A DNA stretch of 64,000 bases from an uncultured Anaerolineaceae bacterium (GCA_964463505.1 CAYXDC010000006.1:9914-73913); one strand, 5' to 3'. Positions 1 through 10,483 are shown, counted from the stretch's first letter. Translations and numbers: made by a program. Notes: a model not told the origin generated them from the letters alone.

Positions 1-80
1 GGGTTTGAGCTGCTAAGGGGCGGTTTGCCTCGGGGATTATACCAGCCTTTAAGCCCAGTTAATAGGCTGGGTGTGGCTCG

Positions 81-89
81 TGTTATACT
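81..89 (+). promoter_or_regulatory. extended -10 element (TGtTATACT) upstream of hemW; predicts a leaderless transcript
   Basis: TG at 81-82 and TATACT at 84-89. The last base is 7 nt before the ATG at 96, and there is no Shine-Dalgarno in between. Confidence 0.4.
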
Positions 90-95
90 GCGCTT

Positions 96-1268
96 ATGCC
101 GCTTTATGCCGTTTACCTGCATATTCCCTTCTGCATCCATCGCTGTGGTTATTGCGATTTCAACACCTATGCTGGGCTGGAAGACCTGATCCCGGCTTAT
201 ACGGCAGCCCTGGTGCATGAAATTGAGCTGGTGGCGAGTTCAGCCGGGGAGCGCCTGCCGGCGCAGAGCATCTTTTTCGGCGGCGGCACGCCATCCTTGC
301 TTTCTGGGGCTCAGTTAGCATCCATCCTGCGCGCCCTGGAAGAATCTTTTCACTGGCTGCCTGGGATCGAAATCACCCTGGAGGCCAATCCTGGCACGCT
401 CAGCCTGGCCTCGCTGCAGGAGATGCGCAGCCTGGGCGTGAACCGCCTCAGCCTGGGGATGCAGTCCGCCCATCCCGGCGAACTGCGCCTGCTGGAGCGC
501 CAGCACGATTACCCGCAGGTGGTGCGCGCCGTCAGCGCTGCCCGCCAGGCCGGTTTCGACAACCTGAACCTGGATCTGATCTACGGCCTGCCGGAGCAGG
601 CCCTATCCACCTGGCAGCGCAGCCTGGAACTGGCGCTGGGCCTGCATCCCGAGCATCTATCCCTGTATGCTCTGACCATCGAGCATGGCACGCCGCTTAA
701 GCGCTGGGCGAAGCGTGGTCTGATCCCCGAGCCGGACCCCGACCTGGCTGCAGAGATGTACGAGTGGGCGGATGAGCGCCTGGCTGCAGTCGGATACGAG
801 CAATATGAAATTTCCAACTGGTCCAGGCCTGGACGCGCCTGCCGCCACAACCTGCAGTACTGGCGCGGCCTGCCCTACCTGGGTCTGGGCGCCGGAGCGC
901 ATGGCTATGCAAACGGAGTGCGTACTGCCAATGTGCTGGCGCCTGCCGCCTATATCACCCGCCTGGAAAACGGGGCGCTGCAGGAGTTCCCGCGCTCGCC
1001 CGCTACCGCCAGCCTCACGCAGGTGGATCGCACTGCTGAGATTGGCGAGACCATGATGATGGGCTTGCGCCTGACCCGGGAAGGCGTCTCGGAAGCCGAT
1101 TTCCAGGCGCGTTTCGGGCAGGGCCTGGATGAAGTGTTCGCAGCTGAGATTGAAGAATTACGGGGTTATGGTTTGCTGGAATGGGCCGGAGAAGCACCCT
1201 GGCGTTGCCTGCGCCTGACGGATCGGGGGCGTTTGCTGGGCAACCAGGTGTTCGTGCGCTTTATCTAA
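96..1268 (+). CDS. hemW: radical SAM HemW/HemN-family protein (heme chaperone / oxygen-independent coproporphyrinogen oxidase-like)
   Basis: 390-aa ORF with an N-terminal CxxxCxxC radical-SAM motif (CIHRCGYCDF), a GGGTPS motif and a HemN_C-like C-terminus. Confidence 0.85.
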   Translation: MPLYAVYLHIPFCIHRCGYCDFNTYAGLEDLIPAYTAALVHEIELVASSAGERLPAQSIFFGGGTPSLLSGAQLASILRALEESFHWLPGIEITLEANPGTLSLASLQEMRSLGVNRLSLGMQSAHPGELRLLERQHDYPQVVRAVSAARQAGFDNLNLDLIYGLPEQALSTWQRSLELALGLHPEHLSLYALTIEHGTPLKRWAKRGLIPEPDPDLAAEMYEWADERLAAVGYEQYEISNWSRPGRACRHNLQYWRGLPYLGLGAGAHGYANGVRTANVLAPAAYITRLENGALQEFPRSPATASLTQVDRTAEIGETMMMGLRLTREGVSEADFQARFGQGLDEVFAAEIEELRGYGLLEWAGEAPWRCLRLTDRGRLLGNQVFVRFI

Positions 1269-1283
1269 GCATGCACAGCCGGA

Positions 1284-2291
1284 TTATGCTTTGCGATGCA
1301 ATAGCTGGTTGGCCAGCTCGCGCAGCTTATCCCCTGCTTCTCCTTGCGGCTGAGCTTCGTCCAGCGCCTGAAGTGCTTGCTGCGTCAGGCGGCTGGCATG
1401 CTCCTGGGTGAACTCGCGTGCACCTTCCTTGGTGAGTTGTTCCGCCCAGCGCAAGGCTTCTTCTTCCCGGATGGTTCCCTTGGCCCAACGCCGGGCAAAG
1501 CTGCCCCCCTGGCTGAGTCCATATAGCACCGGCAGGGTCTTTTTGCCCTGCACCAGGTCGCTCTCGGTCGATTTACCGGTCAGGGCTGAATCCCCCCACA
1601 TCCCCAGTAGATCATCCTCGGCCTGAAAGGCCAACCCCAGAGCGCGCCCGAACTGGCGGTAGGCATTGACGATGTTTGGCTCTGCCCCGGCTGCCAGCGC
1701 ACCGATATGCGTGCAGGCGGTCAGCAACGCCGCCGTCTTGCCGCTGATCATCGGCCAGTAAGCATCCAGGTTCAGGTCGCCGCACGCCTCGTAGTGCATG
1801 TCCAGGTACTGCCCCTGGGTGAGTTGCAGGCTGGTTTCGTTGAGCATCTGGGCCGCTTTCAAGGCTACCGCCGGATTGGTGGTCTTTTCCAGGCTTAAAA
1901 CGGCCAGTTGCGCCAGAGTGAACATGGCGTCCCCGGCGTTGATGGCCTGGGGGATGCCCCATTTCTTCCACACGGTGGGTCGCCCGCGCCGCAAGGGGCT
2001 GTTATCCTGGATGTCATCATGGATCAGCGAGAAATTGTGGATCAGCTCCACCGCAGCCGCGCCGGACAAGGCATTACGCCACGCACCGCCCGCCGCAGAA
2101 CACACCAGCAAAAACAATAAGGGACGCACGCGCTTGCCGCGCGCCGTCCGCCCCGAGCCTTCACCCTCCCAGCCCAGGTGATAGGCCAACATATGGTGCA
2201 TCTCTTCCAGGCTACTACCATTGGCGCGTGCCACGACCTGGCGCAGCTCATCTTCAACAGCTTCAAGCATGGTGCGGGTGAGATCTTCCAT
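1284..2291 (-). CDS. polyprenyl diphosphate synthase (trans-isoprenyl diphosphate synthase family; chain length unknown)
   Basis: First Asp-rich motif LIHDDIQDNSPLRRGRPT and second Asp-rich motif EDDLLG. Start moved to the internal ATG at 2291 (MEDLTR), which is preceded by GGGAGGG; the longer ORF would overlap fni. Confidence 0.85.
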   Translation of the reverse strand: MEDLTRTMLEAVEDELRQVVARANGSSLEEMHHMLAYHLGWEGEGSGRTARGKRVRPLLFLLVCSAAGGAWRNALSGAAAVELIHNFSLIHDDIQDNSPLRRGRPTVWKKWGIPQAINAGDAMFTLAQLAVLSLEKTTNPAVALKAAQMLNETSLQLTQGQYLDMHYEACGDLNLDAYWPMISGKTAALLTACTHIGALAAGAEPNIVNAYRQFGRALGLAFQAEDDLLGMWGDSALTGKSTESDLVQGKKTLPVLYGLSQGGSFARRWAKGTIREEEALRWAEQLTKEGAREFTQEHASRLTQQALQALDEAQPQGEAGDKLRELANQLLHRKA

Positions 2292-2308
2292 CCTGTTCCC
2301 TCCCTGGC

Positions 2309-3340
2309 TTATGGTCTGGCTTCCAGCTTGCCGGCTTGCAAAGCAGATAGATTGCCTGCCCCACATCCAAACATGCATACCTGAATCTCACGGCGGAGCT
2401 CCTGGATGATCTGCACGGTCACATCCACCCCGGCAACGGCGGCTTTCAAGTATGGGCCGGCCATGCCGCCCAGGCTGGCGCCCAGCGCCAGGCACTTTGC
2501 AATTTCCACTCCATCCCTCAGCCCGCCCGAGGCAAATACCAGCAGGTCCGGGGCGGCCCGGCGCACATTGAGAATGGCCTGGCTGGTAGGGATGCCCCAA
2601 TCGAGAAAGGCGGCTGCCAGGCGGCGCTGGCTCTCATCCGCAGCGCGGTGCATTTCCACCTGCGACCAGGATGTGCCGCCTGCCCCGGCGACATCGATCG
2701 CTGCCACGCCTGCCTCTGCCAGGCGGCGGGCATCCGCCTGGGAAAAGCCCCAGCCCACCTCTTTGGCAATCACCGGAATGGGTAAGACCCGGCATACCTG
2801 CTCAATCTTATCTAGCAGGCCCGCAAAGCGCGTATCCCCTTCGGGCTGCACAGCTTCTTGCAGGGCATTGAAATGCAGGATCAAGCCATCCGCCTCGATC
2901 ATATCCACCGCCCGCTGGCAGTGTTCAACGCCGTAGCCATAATTGAGCTGGATGGCGCCCAGGTTCGCCAGCAGTAAAATATCGGGGGCCAGGGTGCGCA
3001 CCTGGAAGGAAGCTGCCAGATCAGCTTGTTCAAGCGCAGCGCGCTGCGAGCCGACCCCCATGGCAATCCCGGTCGCCTGGGCGGCCTGAGCCAGGGTGCG
3101 GTTGATCGTTCCGGCCTGCTCGGTCCCGCCGGTCATGGATGAAATCAGCAGCGGCGCCCGTAAATGTCGGCCAAAAATATTTACACTCAGATCCACCGCT
3201 TCCAGGTCCAGCTCGGGCAGCGCCTGGTGGATAAAATGATAGCGTTCCAGGCCGGTGGTCAGCCCTGAACGCACATCTTCTTCCAGGTTTATGCGGATAT
3301 GATCGGCTTTACGCGCCCCGATGGGCGTAACTTTTGACAT
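2309..3340 (-). CDS. fni: type 2 (FMN-dependent) isopentenyl-diphosphate delta-isomerase
   Basis: 343 aa with [21 protein letters not shown] and a GVGSQR-type TIM-barrel pattern typical of IDI-2. It lies 17 nt upstream of the polyprenyl synthase on the same strand. Confidence 0.9.
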   Translation of the reverse strand: MSKVTPIGARKADHIRINLEEDVRSGLTTGLERYHFIHQALPELDLEAVDLSVNIFGRHLRAPLLISSMTGGTEQAGTINRTLAQAAQATGIAMGVGSQRAALEQADLAASFQVRTLAPDILLLANLGAIQLNYGYGVEHCQRAVDMIEADGLILHFNALQEAVQPEGDTRFAGLLDKIEQVCRVLPIPVIAKEVGWGFSQADARRLAEAGVAAIDVAGAGGTSWSQVEMHRAADESQRRLAAAFLDWGIPTSQAILNVRRAAPDLLVFASGGLRDGVEIAKCLALGASLGGMAGPYLKAAVAGVDVTVQIIQELRREIQVCMFGCGAGNLSALQAGKLEARP

Positions 3341-3431
3341 GGGTCGGTGTTCCTGTTGTGTGAAGTTATCTTACCAGTCTGGCACACCCCTGTCAATAAA
3401 TGAGCCCGCATGCGAATCCCGCAGCTCATCC

Positions 3432-3459
3432 TTGACAGAACGCCCGGCAAGATTACAAT
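3432..3459 (+). promoter_or_regulatory. sigma70-like promoter for acpP
   Basis: TTGACA (3432-3437), 16-nt spacer, TACAAT (3454-3459), about 71 nt upstream of the acpP ATG. Confidence 0.4.
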
Positions 3460-3536
3460 AAGCCCCGGTAGGGCAAGCACAAATGTAGCAGGTTCTATCC
3501 GGGAATATTTCAAATCATAAATGAGGAGGCAATCTC

Positions 3537-3773
3537 ATGTCAGATACCTACGAGAGCGTGAAGGCAATTATCGTCGATTTGTTGGGCGTGGATGAAAGTA
3601 AAGTCACCATGGATGCGCGTTTCCGCGAAGAGCTGGAAGCCGATTCGCTGGACTTGGTGGAATTGATCATGGCGTTTGAGGATAAGTTCGGGGGCGAGAT
3701 CTCCGACGAAGACGCCCAGACGATCACCACGGTTGGCGAAGCTGTCAAATATCTTGAAAGCCACGGCGGCTAA
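3537..3773 (+). CDS. acpP: acyl carrier protein
   Basis: 78 aa with the phosphopantetheine attachment motif [23 protein letters not shown] Shine-Dalgarno upstream. Confidence 0.92.
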   Translation: MSDTYESVKAIIVDLLGVDESKVTMDARFREELEADSLDLVELIMAFEDKFGGEISDEDAQTITTVGEAVKYLESHGG

Positions 3774-3865
3774 GTAATACGCTGGTTGAGAGCCAGATTT
3801 GTTAAGCTACTTTTAGCGAATTACAAAGTTTTCCCTGACCGGCAGAGAAAAAATTAGCACAGGCG

Positions 3866-3900
3866 CAGCTCACCCTGAGCAGGGTGGGCTGTGTTAGTTT
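3866..3900 (+). terminator. stem-loop downstream of acpP (probable intrinsic terminator)
   Basis: 11-bp stem (3866-3876 pairs with 3881-3891, one G-U), GAGC loop, then the T-rich tail tgttagttt. Confidence 0.4.
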
Positions 3901-4084
3901 AACTCGCGCTGAGGCGGCTTGAATTTGATTAAATTTAGATGCTACCCCATCTTATGCAATATAACTTGCTTAACCTATACTTAATAAAATTCCCAATGTA
4001 AATTAACGTAACATCCTGCTGTAGTGTGCGTTATACTAACAGAAACCGCACGCGGAAATTTTCCACGTGGAAAGGAGAAACACG

Positions 4085-4954
4085 ATGTTTCAAGTATTGA
4101 TGATATTGGTCCTGGCAGTCTCCGCCGTTGGAGGCACCGTCAGCGCAGCCGATCAGGCTGTTCCGGGGGACGCTCTATACGGGCTGGACCGCGCCATGGA
4201 GCAAGCTTCACTTGACCGTGTTCGCTATGATGTGGATCGCGCCGAGTTAGAACAGCGCTTGATCAACGAGCGCCTGGAAGAAGCAGCCATTCTGCTCCAG
4301 GATGATGATGGCCTGGCAAAGAAACCCAAACCTTCAGCGACTCCGGACCCATCGGGGACGCCAGATCCTTCGGAAACTCCGGACCCATCGGAGACACCTG
4401 ATCCTTCAGAGACACCTGATCCTTCAGAGACACCTGATCCTTCAGAGACACCTGATCCCTCAGCGACGCCTGACCCAGAGAAAACTACCTGCACTGGGGC
4501 GAATCCTCACCCGCGGGCGACCGATCTGGCGGAATACTATGCAGTGGATTACGAGACGGTGATGACCTGGTTCTGCGAGGGCAACTTTGGCTTTGGCGAG
4601 ATCATGCATGCTCTGGAAGCCAGCCAGCAGACTGGAATGACCCCCGAAGAGATCCTGGAAAAGCGCGTTGACCAGGGCTGGGGTCAGATCTGGCAGGAGC
4701 TGGGCCTTAAGGGCAAGCCGGCTAAGGAAGCGGATGCACCCCTCGATCCAACGGCTATGCCGCCCACCGCTGAACCAGAAACCGTGGATCCACTTTTAGT
4801 GCCTGGCTCCGATAAGGGCCAGCCAGATGACAAGGGTAACCCCGAAAATCCGGGTAAATCCGAGGATCAGGATAAAGGCAAGCCTGAGAAACTGGATAAA
4901 ACCAAAGACAAGGGCAAGCCTGCTAAACCCCCCAAGCCATCGAAAACCAAGTAG
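4085..4954 (+). CDS. secreted protein with a (PSxTPD)n tandem repeat and a Lys/Pro-rich C-terminus; function unknown
   Basis: Start placed at ATG 4085 (MFQVLMIL), 7 nt after AAAGGAG. Signal peptide ends ...GGTVSA|ADQ. Eight PSxTPD hexapeptide repeats, then a KGKP/DKGKP-rich tail. Confidence 0.7.
   Translation: MFQVLMILVLAVSAVGGTVSAADQAVPGDALYGLDRAMEQASLDRVRYDVDRAELEQRLINERLEEAAILLQDDDGLAKKPKPSATPDPSGTPDPSETPDPSETPDPSETPDPSETPDPSETPDPSATPDPEKTTCTGANPHPRATDLAEYYAVDYETVMTWFCEGNFGFGEIMHALEASQQTGMTPEEILEKRVDQGWGQIWQELGLKGKPAKEADAPLDPTAMPPTAEPETVDPLLVPGSDKGQPDDKGNPENPGKSEDQDKGKPEKLDKTKDKGKPAKPPKPSKTK
4331..4474 (+). repeat. 18-bp in-frame tandem repeat, 8 copies
   Basis: Units start at 4331, 4349, 4367, 4385, 4403, 4421, 4439 and 4457. 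Units 5-7 are identical (ccttcagagacacctgat). Confidence 0.95.
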
Positions 4955-5087
4955 ATTATTTAACCTTCAGGCGAGGCCCTCCTGGCAGGGGCCTCGCCTG
5001 GTTCCATCTTTATGAACTTTCATACCTTTGCCTGACCCTGGTGCGGATTGCCTCCCCAACACCAGGGTTTTGATTTTAAGAGGCGCC

Positions 5088-5963
5088 TTAATGGACGTGC
5101 TTCATCAACAGCTCAGGGATTTGTTCTGGGTGCTGCGCCACATCCACTGTGGCGGCTTGCAGGGCGCGGATCTTATCCGCTGCCAGGCCGGAGCTGCCTT
5201 CTACAATCGCTCCTGCATGCCCCATGCGTTTACCGGGAGGGGCGGTCTGCCCGGCGATAAAGGCCACCACGGGTTTGGTCATGTGATCAGCGATGAATTC
5301 GGCGGCTCTTTCTTCATCTGACCCACCAATCTCACCGATCAGCACCACCATCTCCGTCTGCGGGTCTTCTTCAAACATCCTCAAGGCATCGATAAAGTTG
5401 GTGCCGTTAACCGGGTCGCCGCCGATGCCCACGCACGTGCTGACGCCCATATTTACCAGCTTGAGCGCGTACAACACCTCATAAGTCAGCGTGCCAGAGC
5501 GCGAAACTACACCCACATTGCCGGGCATAGAGATATCGCCCGGGATGATGCCGACCTTACATTCGCCCGGCGTGAGCAAGCCGGGGCAGTTGGGTCCAAC
5601 CAGGCGCACGTTTTTCTGGTCCAGGTAGTTGCGAACGCGCATCATATCTTGCACCGGGATGCCTTCAGTGATGCATACGATCAGCTCCACTCCGGCGTCG
5701 GCAGCTTCAAAGATAGCATCTGCGGCAAATCGCGCCGGTACAAAGATCACGCTGGCGTTGGCGCCGGTGGCTTCCACGGCGAATTTCACCGAATCAAATA
5801 CCGGCACTTTGCCATCCAGCACCCACTCACCACCCTTGCCAGGGGTTACCCCGGCGACGACGTTGGTGCCGTAAGCCACCATGTGCGTGGTGTGAAAAAG
5901 ACCTTCGTTCCCGGTGATCCCCTGCACCAGCAGGCGTGTATGTTTATTGATCAAGATGCTCAT
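5088..5963 (-). CDS. sucD: succinyl-CoA synthetase alpha subunit
   Basis: 291 aa with N-terminal [10 protein letters not shown], the catalytic-His region RMGHAGAI, and a position immediately downstream of sucC. Confidence 0.93.
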   Translation of the reverse strand: MSILINKHTRLLVQGITGNEGLFHTTHMVAYGTNVVAGVTPGKGGEWVLDGKVPVFDSVKFAVEATGANASVIFVPARFAADAIFEAADAGVELIVCITEGIPVQDMMRVRNYLDQKNVRLVGPNCPGLLTPGECKVGIIPGDISMPGNVGVVSRSGTLTYEVLYALKLVNMGVSTCVGIGGDPVNGTNFIDALRMFEEDPQTEMVVLIGEIGGSDEERAAEFIADHMTKPVVAFIAGQTAPPGKRMGHAGAIVEGSSGLAADKIRALQAATVDVAQHPEQIPELLMKHVH

Positions 5964-5966
5964 GCG

Positions 5967-7103
5967 TCAGGCTCCCTTCGCCACGTTGACTGCCTTTTGG
6001 GCAGCCTCCGCCAGGGTTTCGGCGGTGATCATGTGGGCATCCGCCAAAATACGGCGACCTTCTTCAGCATTGGTGCCGACCAGACGGATAACCATGGGTA
6101 CTTTGGTTTTGACTTCCTTTAAGGCAGTCAGGATGCCGCGCGCCACTTCGTCGCCGCGCGTGATGCCGCCAAAGACATTGAACAGCACCGCTTTGACATT
6201 GCGGTCAGACAGGATGATGCGCAGCGCAGCAGCGACTTTCTCGGCATTGGCGCCGCCGCCGATATCCAGGAAATTCGCCGGTTCGCCGCCAAAGAGCTTG
6301 ATGATGTCCATGCTGGTCATTGCCAATCCGGCTCCGTTCACCATGCAGCCGATATTGCCATCCAGTTTGATAAAGGAAAGCCCGTACTTGCGCGCTTCGA
6401 TCTCAGATTCGGCTTCCACATCCAGGTCGCGCATTTCGTTTAAGTCGCTGTGGCGGAAGAGGGCATTATCGTCCAACACCATCTTACCGTCTACTGCCAG
6501 TAGTTTATTCTCCGCGGTGATCACCAGCGGGTTGATCTCTGCCAGGGTGGCGTCGGCTGCTTTGTAGGCCTGCCACAGGCCACTGGCGATCTGCCCAAAG
6601 ACTTTCCAATGCTCGCGCGGCAGATCAATGGCCACGGCGATGTCACGCGCCTGGTAATCGCGCAATCCCAGTAAGGGATGGATGGATTCGCGGATAATCT
6701 TTTCCGGCGAGACGCGCGCAACTTCCTCGATATCCACCCCACCTGCCGAGGATGCCATCATCACCGGCATGCGCAAAGAGCGATCGTTGGTGATGCCCAG
6801 GTAGATTTCCTTGTTGATATTGGCAGCCTCATCTACCAGCACCTTGCGTACCGGCAGACCCTTGATCTCCATCCTCAAGATTTGCGTCGCCAGGCTCTCG
6901 GCTTCTTCGGGCGTTTTTGCCAGGCGAATCCCGCCTGCTTTGCCGCGCCCGCCCACCAAAACTTGCGATTTAATAACAACGCGGCCACCCAACTCTTCAG
7001 CAATTTGCTTTGCTTCGTGTGCGGTAGCCGCTACTCTTCCCCGAGGAATGGGGATGCCATACTTGGCAAACAGTTGTTTCGATTGATACTCGTGTAGTTT
7101 CAT
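5967..7103 (-). CDS. sucC: succinyl-CoA synthetase beta subunit (ATP-grasp)
   Basis: [23 protein letters not shown]-terminus. Start moved to ATG 7103, preceded by AGGGGAG. Confidence 0.93.
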   Translation of the reverse strand: MKLHEYQSKQLFAKYGIPIPRGRVAATAHEAKQIAEELGGRVVIKSQVLVGGRGKAGGIRLAKTPEEAESLATQILRMEIKGLPVRKVLVDEAANINKEIYLGITNDRSLRMPVMMASSAGGVDIEEVARVSPEKIIRESIHPLLGLRDYQARDIAVAIDLPREHWKVFGQIASGLWQAYKAADATLAEINPLVITAENKLLAVDGKMVLDDNALFRHSDLNEMRDLDVEAESEIEARKYGLSFIKLDGNIGCMVNGAGLAMTSMDIIKLFGGEPANFLDIGGGANAEKVAAALRIILSDRNVKAVLFNVFGGITRGDEVARGILTALKEVKTKVPMVIRLVGTNAEEGRRILADAHMITAETLAEAAQKAVNVAKGA

Positions 7104-7366
7104 GCAGCTGTGACTCCCCTTCAATTCTGAGAGCGCTTGTGCGCTCCGGTTGGATTGGGTATTGAAATTATACCATCAGGCTTTCGGCGCGGCTCGTCCT
7201 GCAGGCATCGGCCTGCAAGGTTGGCAGGTTGCCGGTTGCTTTTTGCCTTGCAACTTCAACCTTGAAACTGCGTAGATTATTCTAGATCATAACCTTCAGG
7301 ACATACACACTTGATTGATTTCCCCTGAAGTGCTTAAGTCCGAATCTTTTTCGAGGAGTATCCATC

Positions 7367-7729
7367 ATGGAAACCAATGTCAAAATCATCGCCTGGCTGC
7401 ATATTGTCCTCAGCGCCATTGGTCTGGTAGGTGCGCTGTGTCTCAGCGCGGTCGTTTTTGGGGGTGGTTTGATCTCCCAGGATGACACCGCCATCACGGT
7501 AACCGGGATCGTAGCACTGTGTATGCTGGGTTTCTTCTTCGTCTTGTCCATCCCGGGTTTGCTGGCGGGGATCGGTTTGTTGAGCTTCCGCAACTGGGCG
7601 CGCATCCTGGCAATAATTCTATCGGTGCTGAATCTGATGAATGTCCCCGTGGGCACAGCCCTGGGAGTCTACACTCTGTACGTGATGCTGGACGATGAGA
7701 CTTCGGCGCTGTTCTCTGCTTATCGTTGA
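7367..7729 (+). CDS. small integral membrane protein (about 4 TM helices), function unknown
   Basis: 120 aa, hydrophobic throughout, with a GAGGAG Shine-Dalgarno upstream. Confidence 0.6.
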   Translation: METNVKIIAWLHIVLSAIGLVGALCLSAVVFGGGLISQDDTAITVTGIVALCMLGFFFVLSIPGLLAGIGLLSFRNWARILAIILSVLNLMNVPVGTALGVYTLYVMLDDETSALFSAYR

Positions 7730-7992
7730 CGTCCAATGCGCCAGAAGATCAGACCGGTAGCCAGCCCGGCTGCCAGCACTGCCAGCAGCAGATTGCGCTG
7801 GGTATTGACTACCGGGATCACCTCTTCGCTGCCATCCGGTCTTTGAACCAGGATCGACACAGGCCGGTTCCACAACCAGTGCACCTCGCCTCCCAGCAGT
7901 TGAAAGCCGGTGCGTTGCGAAAAGGGGATCAGCGTGAATGTCTCTGCCTTTAATGGCGGGCTGGGGTTGGTTTCAATGCGTAAGAAGGCCAT
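7720..7992 (-). CDS. hypothetical protein with a C-terminal TM anchor
   Basis: ATG at 7992 lies 1 nt after the stop (7994-7996) of the upstream gene. C-terminal hydrophobic helix LLLAVLAAGLATGLIFW. Confidence 0.45.
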   Translation of the reverse strand: MAFLRIETNPSPPLKAETFTLIPFSQRTGFQLLGGEVHWLWNRPVSILVQRPDGSEEVIPVVNTQRNLLLAVLAAGLATGLIFWRIGRQR

Positions 7993-7993
7993 T

Positions 7994-8404
7994 TCAAGCC
8001 CCGCCTTCTGTGGGCGGATTGTCCACACCGGGTGGGGTTTGTGTTTCAGTAGGGGTCTCGCTGGCAGACGACCAGCGTTGAGCTACTTTGGATAGCTCCT
8101 GATTGGCAGTTCGTAAAGCCGCCAGCAGCTCTTCCCGCACCCGGCTTTCGGCTGCCCCGCTGCGTACACGCTCACCCAGGTCGTCCAGATCATCTTTCAG
8201 GCGCTGGCCGGTTGGGCTTTCACGGAAAGCATCCATCTCCTGGCGCAGGGTGGCGCTTAGCTCATTTAAGTTGCTTTCCAGCTCCTCAGACAGGCGTTTG
8301 CGCTCCGGGGCATCCCAGGCGCTGCGCAGCGCCTCCAACAGGTTTTTACCCAGTGTGCGGAATTCATCGGCCAGGTTTTCTTCAGGTGCTCGTTCTTCGC
8401 TCAT
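7994..8404 (-). CDS. hypothetical acidic helical protein
   Basis: Start at ATG 8404 (MSEERAPEEN) preceded by AAGGAG. Highly charged with predicted long helices; no motif recognised. Confidence 0.5.
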   Translation of the reverse strand: MSEERAPEENLADEFRTLGKNLLEALRSAWDAPERKRLSEELESNLNELSATLRQEMDAFRESPTGQRLKDDLDDLGERVRSGAAESRVREELLAALRTANQELSKVAQRWSSASETPTETQTPPGVDNPPTEGGA

Positions 8405-8724
8405 GTGACTCTCCTTTGGCAGGCGCGATATCATAAGCTTATTTTGCCCCAAGCCGCCCGCCTGTCAAGAGGTGGGCGGCTTTTCTCATGGCTTACACAT
8501 GCTTTATGGGAGAGACTGGCTAGAATTTTATCAGCTCCGAAAATCATTCGAAGCTGGCCGGCACCGAGATTAATAGCATGGCAAGTAGGGACTTCTCGGT
8601 TTATACTAGCCATGATGGCTGCTCAGGATGGGTTGACTTCAAATTTTTCTTGAAGTACGTAACTCCTGTTAGATGCATTGTGGCGCAGCAGAACGCAGTT
8701 GATCGCGTATAAGAAGGAGCCTGT

Positions 8725-10455
8725 ATGCCAAAAAAACGCTCTCTGGCTGTAATTTTAGCTGGAATTGTTGGCTTGAGCCTGTACCAGTATCGCCGGCAAT
8801 TGATTGGTCAGGCGCTGCGCTTGCGCCCGCCGCGCTATGGGGTGCAGGTACAGCGCAATATCCAGATTCCCATGCCGGATGGTGCGCTGTTGGCTGCCGA
8901 TCTGTATACCCCGCGCTCGCCCAGGCTGTTCCCTACCTTATTAATGCGCACTCCTTACGGGCGCGGCCTTACCGTTGGCCCGAGCGGTATGATGATGAGC
9001 TTTCTCGCGCAGCGTTTTGCCGAGCGTGGTTATAACTTACTGGTCCAGGATGTGCGTGGGCGTTTCGATTCCGGTTCCGATTTTGTGCCCTTTGTTCACG
9101 AAGCTGCGGATGGCCAGGCTACGATTGCCTGGATCGTGCGCCAGGACTGGTTTAACGGCTTGTTGGGCATGTGGGGAGCCAGTTATATCGGCTATACCCA
9201 ATGGGCGGCTGCGGCTGGCGCTTCACCATCCTTAAAAGCAATGGTCCCGGCGGTTACTGGCGCCAACCTCCCCGTGTCCTTCCTGAACCAGGGGGCTTTT
9301 GGGCTGGACACCAGCCTGCGCTGGATGTACGAACTGGATGCCATGCAGCGCCGCACCTGGTTGCGCAGCCTGTTGGGTCTGGGGCGTATGGCGCCCGTGA
9401 TCATGGAGCGCCGTTTGCGGGTGGCTGCCAACCACCTGCCGCTGGTGGATGTGGACCGCCTGACCACCGGCAATCAGGTTTCTTTTTACCAGGAATGGCT
9501 GCAGCATCCCAGCCTGGACGACCCTTATTGGCAGGCAGCCGACTTCTCAGCTCAGGTTGGGGGAGTTACTGCAGCCGTGCATTTCATTTCGGGCTGGTAC
9601 GATCTCTTCCTGCGCGACCTGCTGGCGGATTATGCCTCTTTAAGGCGCAGCGGGCAGCAGCCTTACCTGACGATTGGGGCCTGGTTCCATATGCACACCG
9701 ATCTGGCCAGTGAAAACCTGCGCCAGGGGATCACCTGGTTCGATGCAACTTTGAAGGGCGACCGGCGCGGGCTGCGCCAGGCTCCCGTACGCGTCTACGT
9801 GATGGGCTCAGACCAGTGGCGTGAATTTCCCGATTGGCCGCCGCCGGCGCAAAAGCAGGTCTGGTATTTGCAAGCAGGTGGGGACCTGGACCAACAGGCG
9901 CCTGCCAGTCCGGCGGAGCCCAGCCGCTATACCTACGACCCTCACGATCCCACACCGGCGCTGGGGGGTCCCCTGCTCAGCCTGAGCGCCGGCGCCACCG
10001 ATAACCGCCCGTTGGAAGCGCGCCCAGACGTGCTCACTTTCACCACCACACGCCTGCAGGCCGACCTGGAAGTGATCGGACCGGTACAGGCACGACTGTA
10101 TGTGCAATCCGACCGGGCGCATACCGACTTCTTCGCCCGCCTGTGCGATGTTTCTCCCAATGGGGAATCGCGCAATATCTGTGATGGTTTTCTGCGTTTG
10201 TTCCCCGGCAGCGCCGACGCCCAAACGGATGGCAGCCTGCGTATTGAGCTGGATCTATGGGCCACCGCGCACTGTTTCCGCGCCGGGCATTATCTGCGCC
10301 TGCAAGTCTCCAGTGGGGCGCACCCGCGCTTCGCCCGCAATCCCGGCAATGGTCTCCCGCTCAGCCAGGTGGTGGAAATGCTGCCTGCCCAACAAGCCCT
10401 CTACCATGATGTGGATCACCCATCTATGCTGGTGCTGCCGGTGATGCAGGATTGA
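8725..10455 (+). CDS. CocE/NonD family alpha/beta hydrolase (S15 X-Pro dipeptidyl-peptidase-like)
   Basis: 576 aa with an N-terminal TM anchor, LLMRTPYGRG, the nucleophile elbow GASYIGYTQW and a C-terminal jelly-roll-like domain. Confidence 0.8.
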   Translation: MPKKRSLAVILAGIVGLSLYQYRRQLIGQALRLRPPRYGVQVQRNIQIPMPDGALLAADLYTPRSPRLFPTLLMRTPYGRGLTVGPSGMMMSFLAQRFAERGYNLLVQDVRGRFDSGSDFVPFVHEAADGQATIAWIVRQDWFNGLLGMWGASYIGYTQWAAAAGASPSLKAMVPAVTGANLPVSFLNQGAFGLDTSLRWMYELDAMQRRTWLRSLLGLGRMAPVIMERRLRVAANHLPLVDVDRLTTGNQVSFYQEWLQHPSLDDPYWQAADFSAQVGGVTAAVHFISGWYDLFLRDLLADYASLRRSGQQPYLTIGAWFHMHTDLASENLRQGITWFDATLKGDRRGLRQAPVRVYVMGSDQWREFPDWPPPAQKQVWYLQAGGDLDQQAPASPAEPSRYTYDPHDPTPALGGPLLSLSAGATDNRPLEARPDVLTFTTTRLQADLEVIGPVQARLYVQSDRAHTDFFARLCDVSPNGESRNICDGFLRLFPGSADAQTDGSLRIELDLWATAHCFRAGHYLRLQVSSGAHPRFARNPGNGLPLSQVVEMLPAQQALYHDVDHPSMLVLPVMQD

Positions 10456-10483
10456 GCTTGCCCAGGTACGAATTGGAGTAGAT

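Noticed and set aside
4331-4474. The 18-bp repeat considered as a non-coding satellite or CRISPR-like array
   Set aside because: The period is a multiple of 3, it is in frame within a well-supported ORF that has a signal peptide, and it translates to a regular PSxTPD hexapeptide.
8446-8486. An 11-bp GC stem (AGCCGCCCGCC...GGTGGGCGGCT) followed by TTTTC, considered as the terminator of an unannotated plus-strand sRNA or gene
   Set aside because: No plus-strand promoter or ORF could be supported upstream. It lies in the 5' region of a minus-strand gene and may simply be part of that gene's promoter or leader. Left unassigned.
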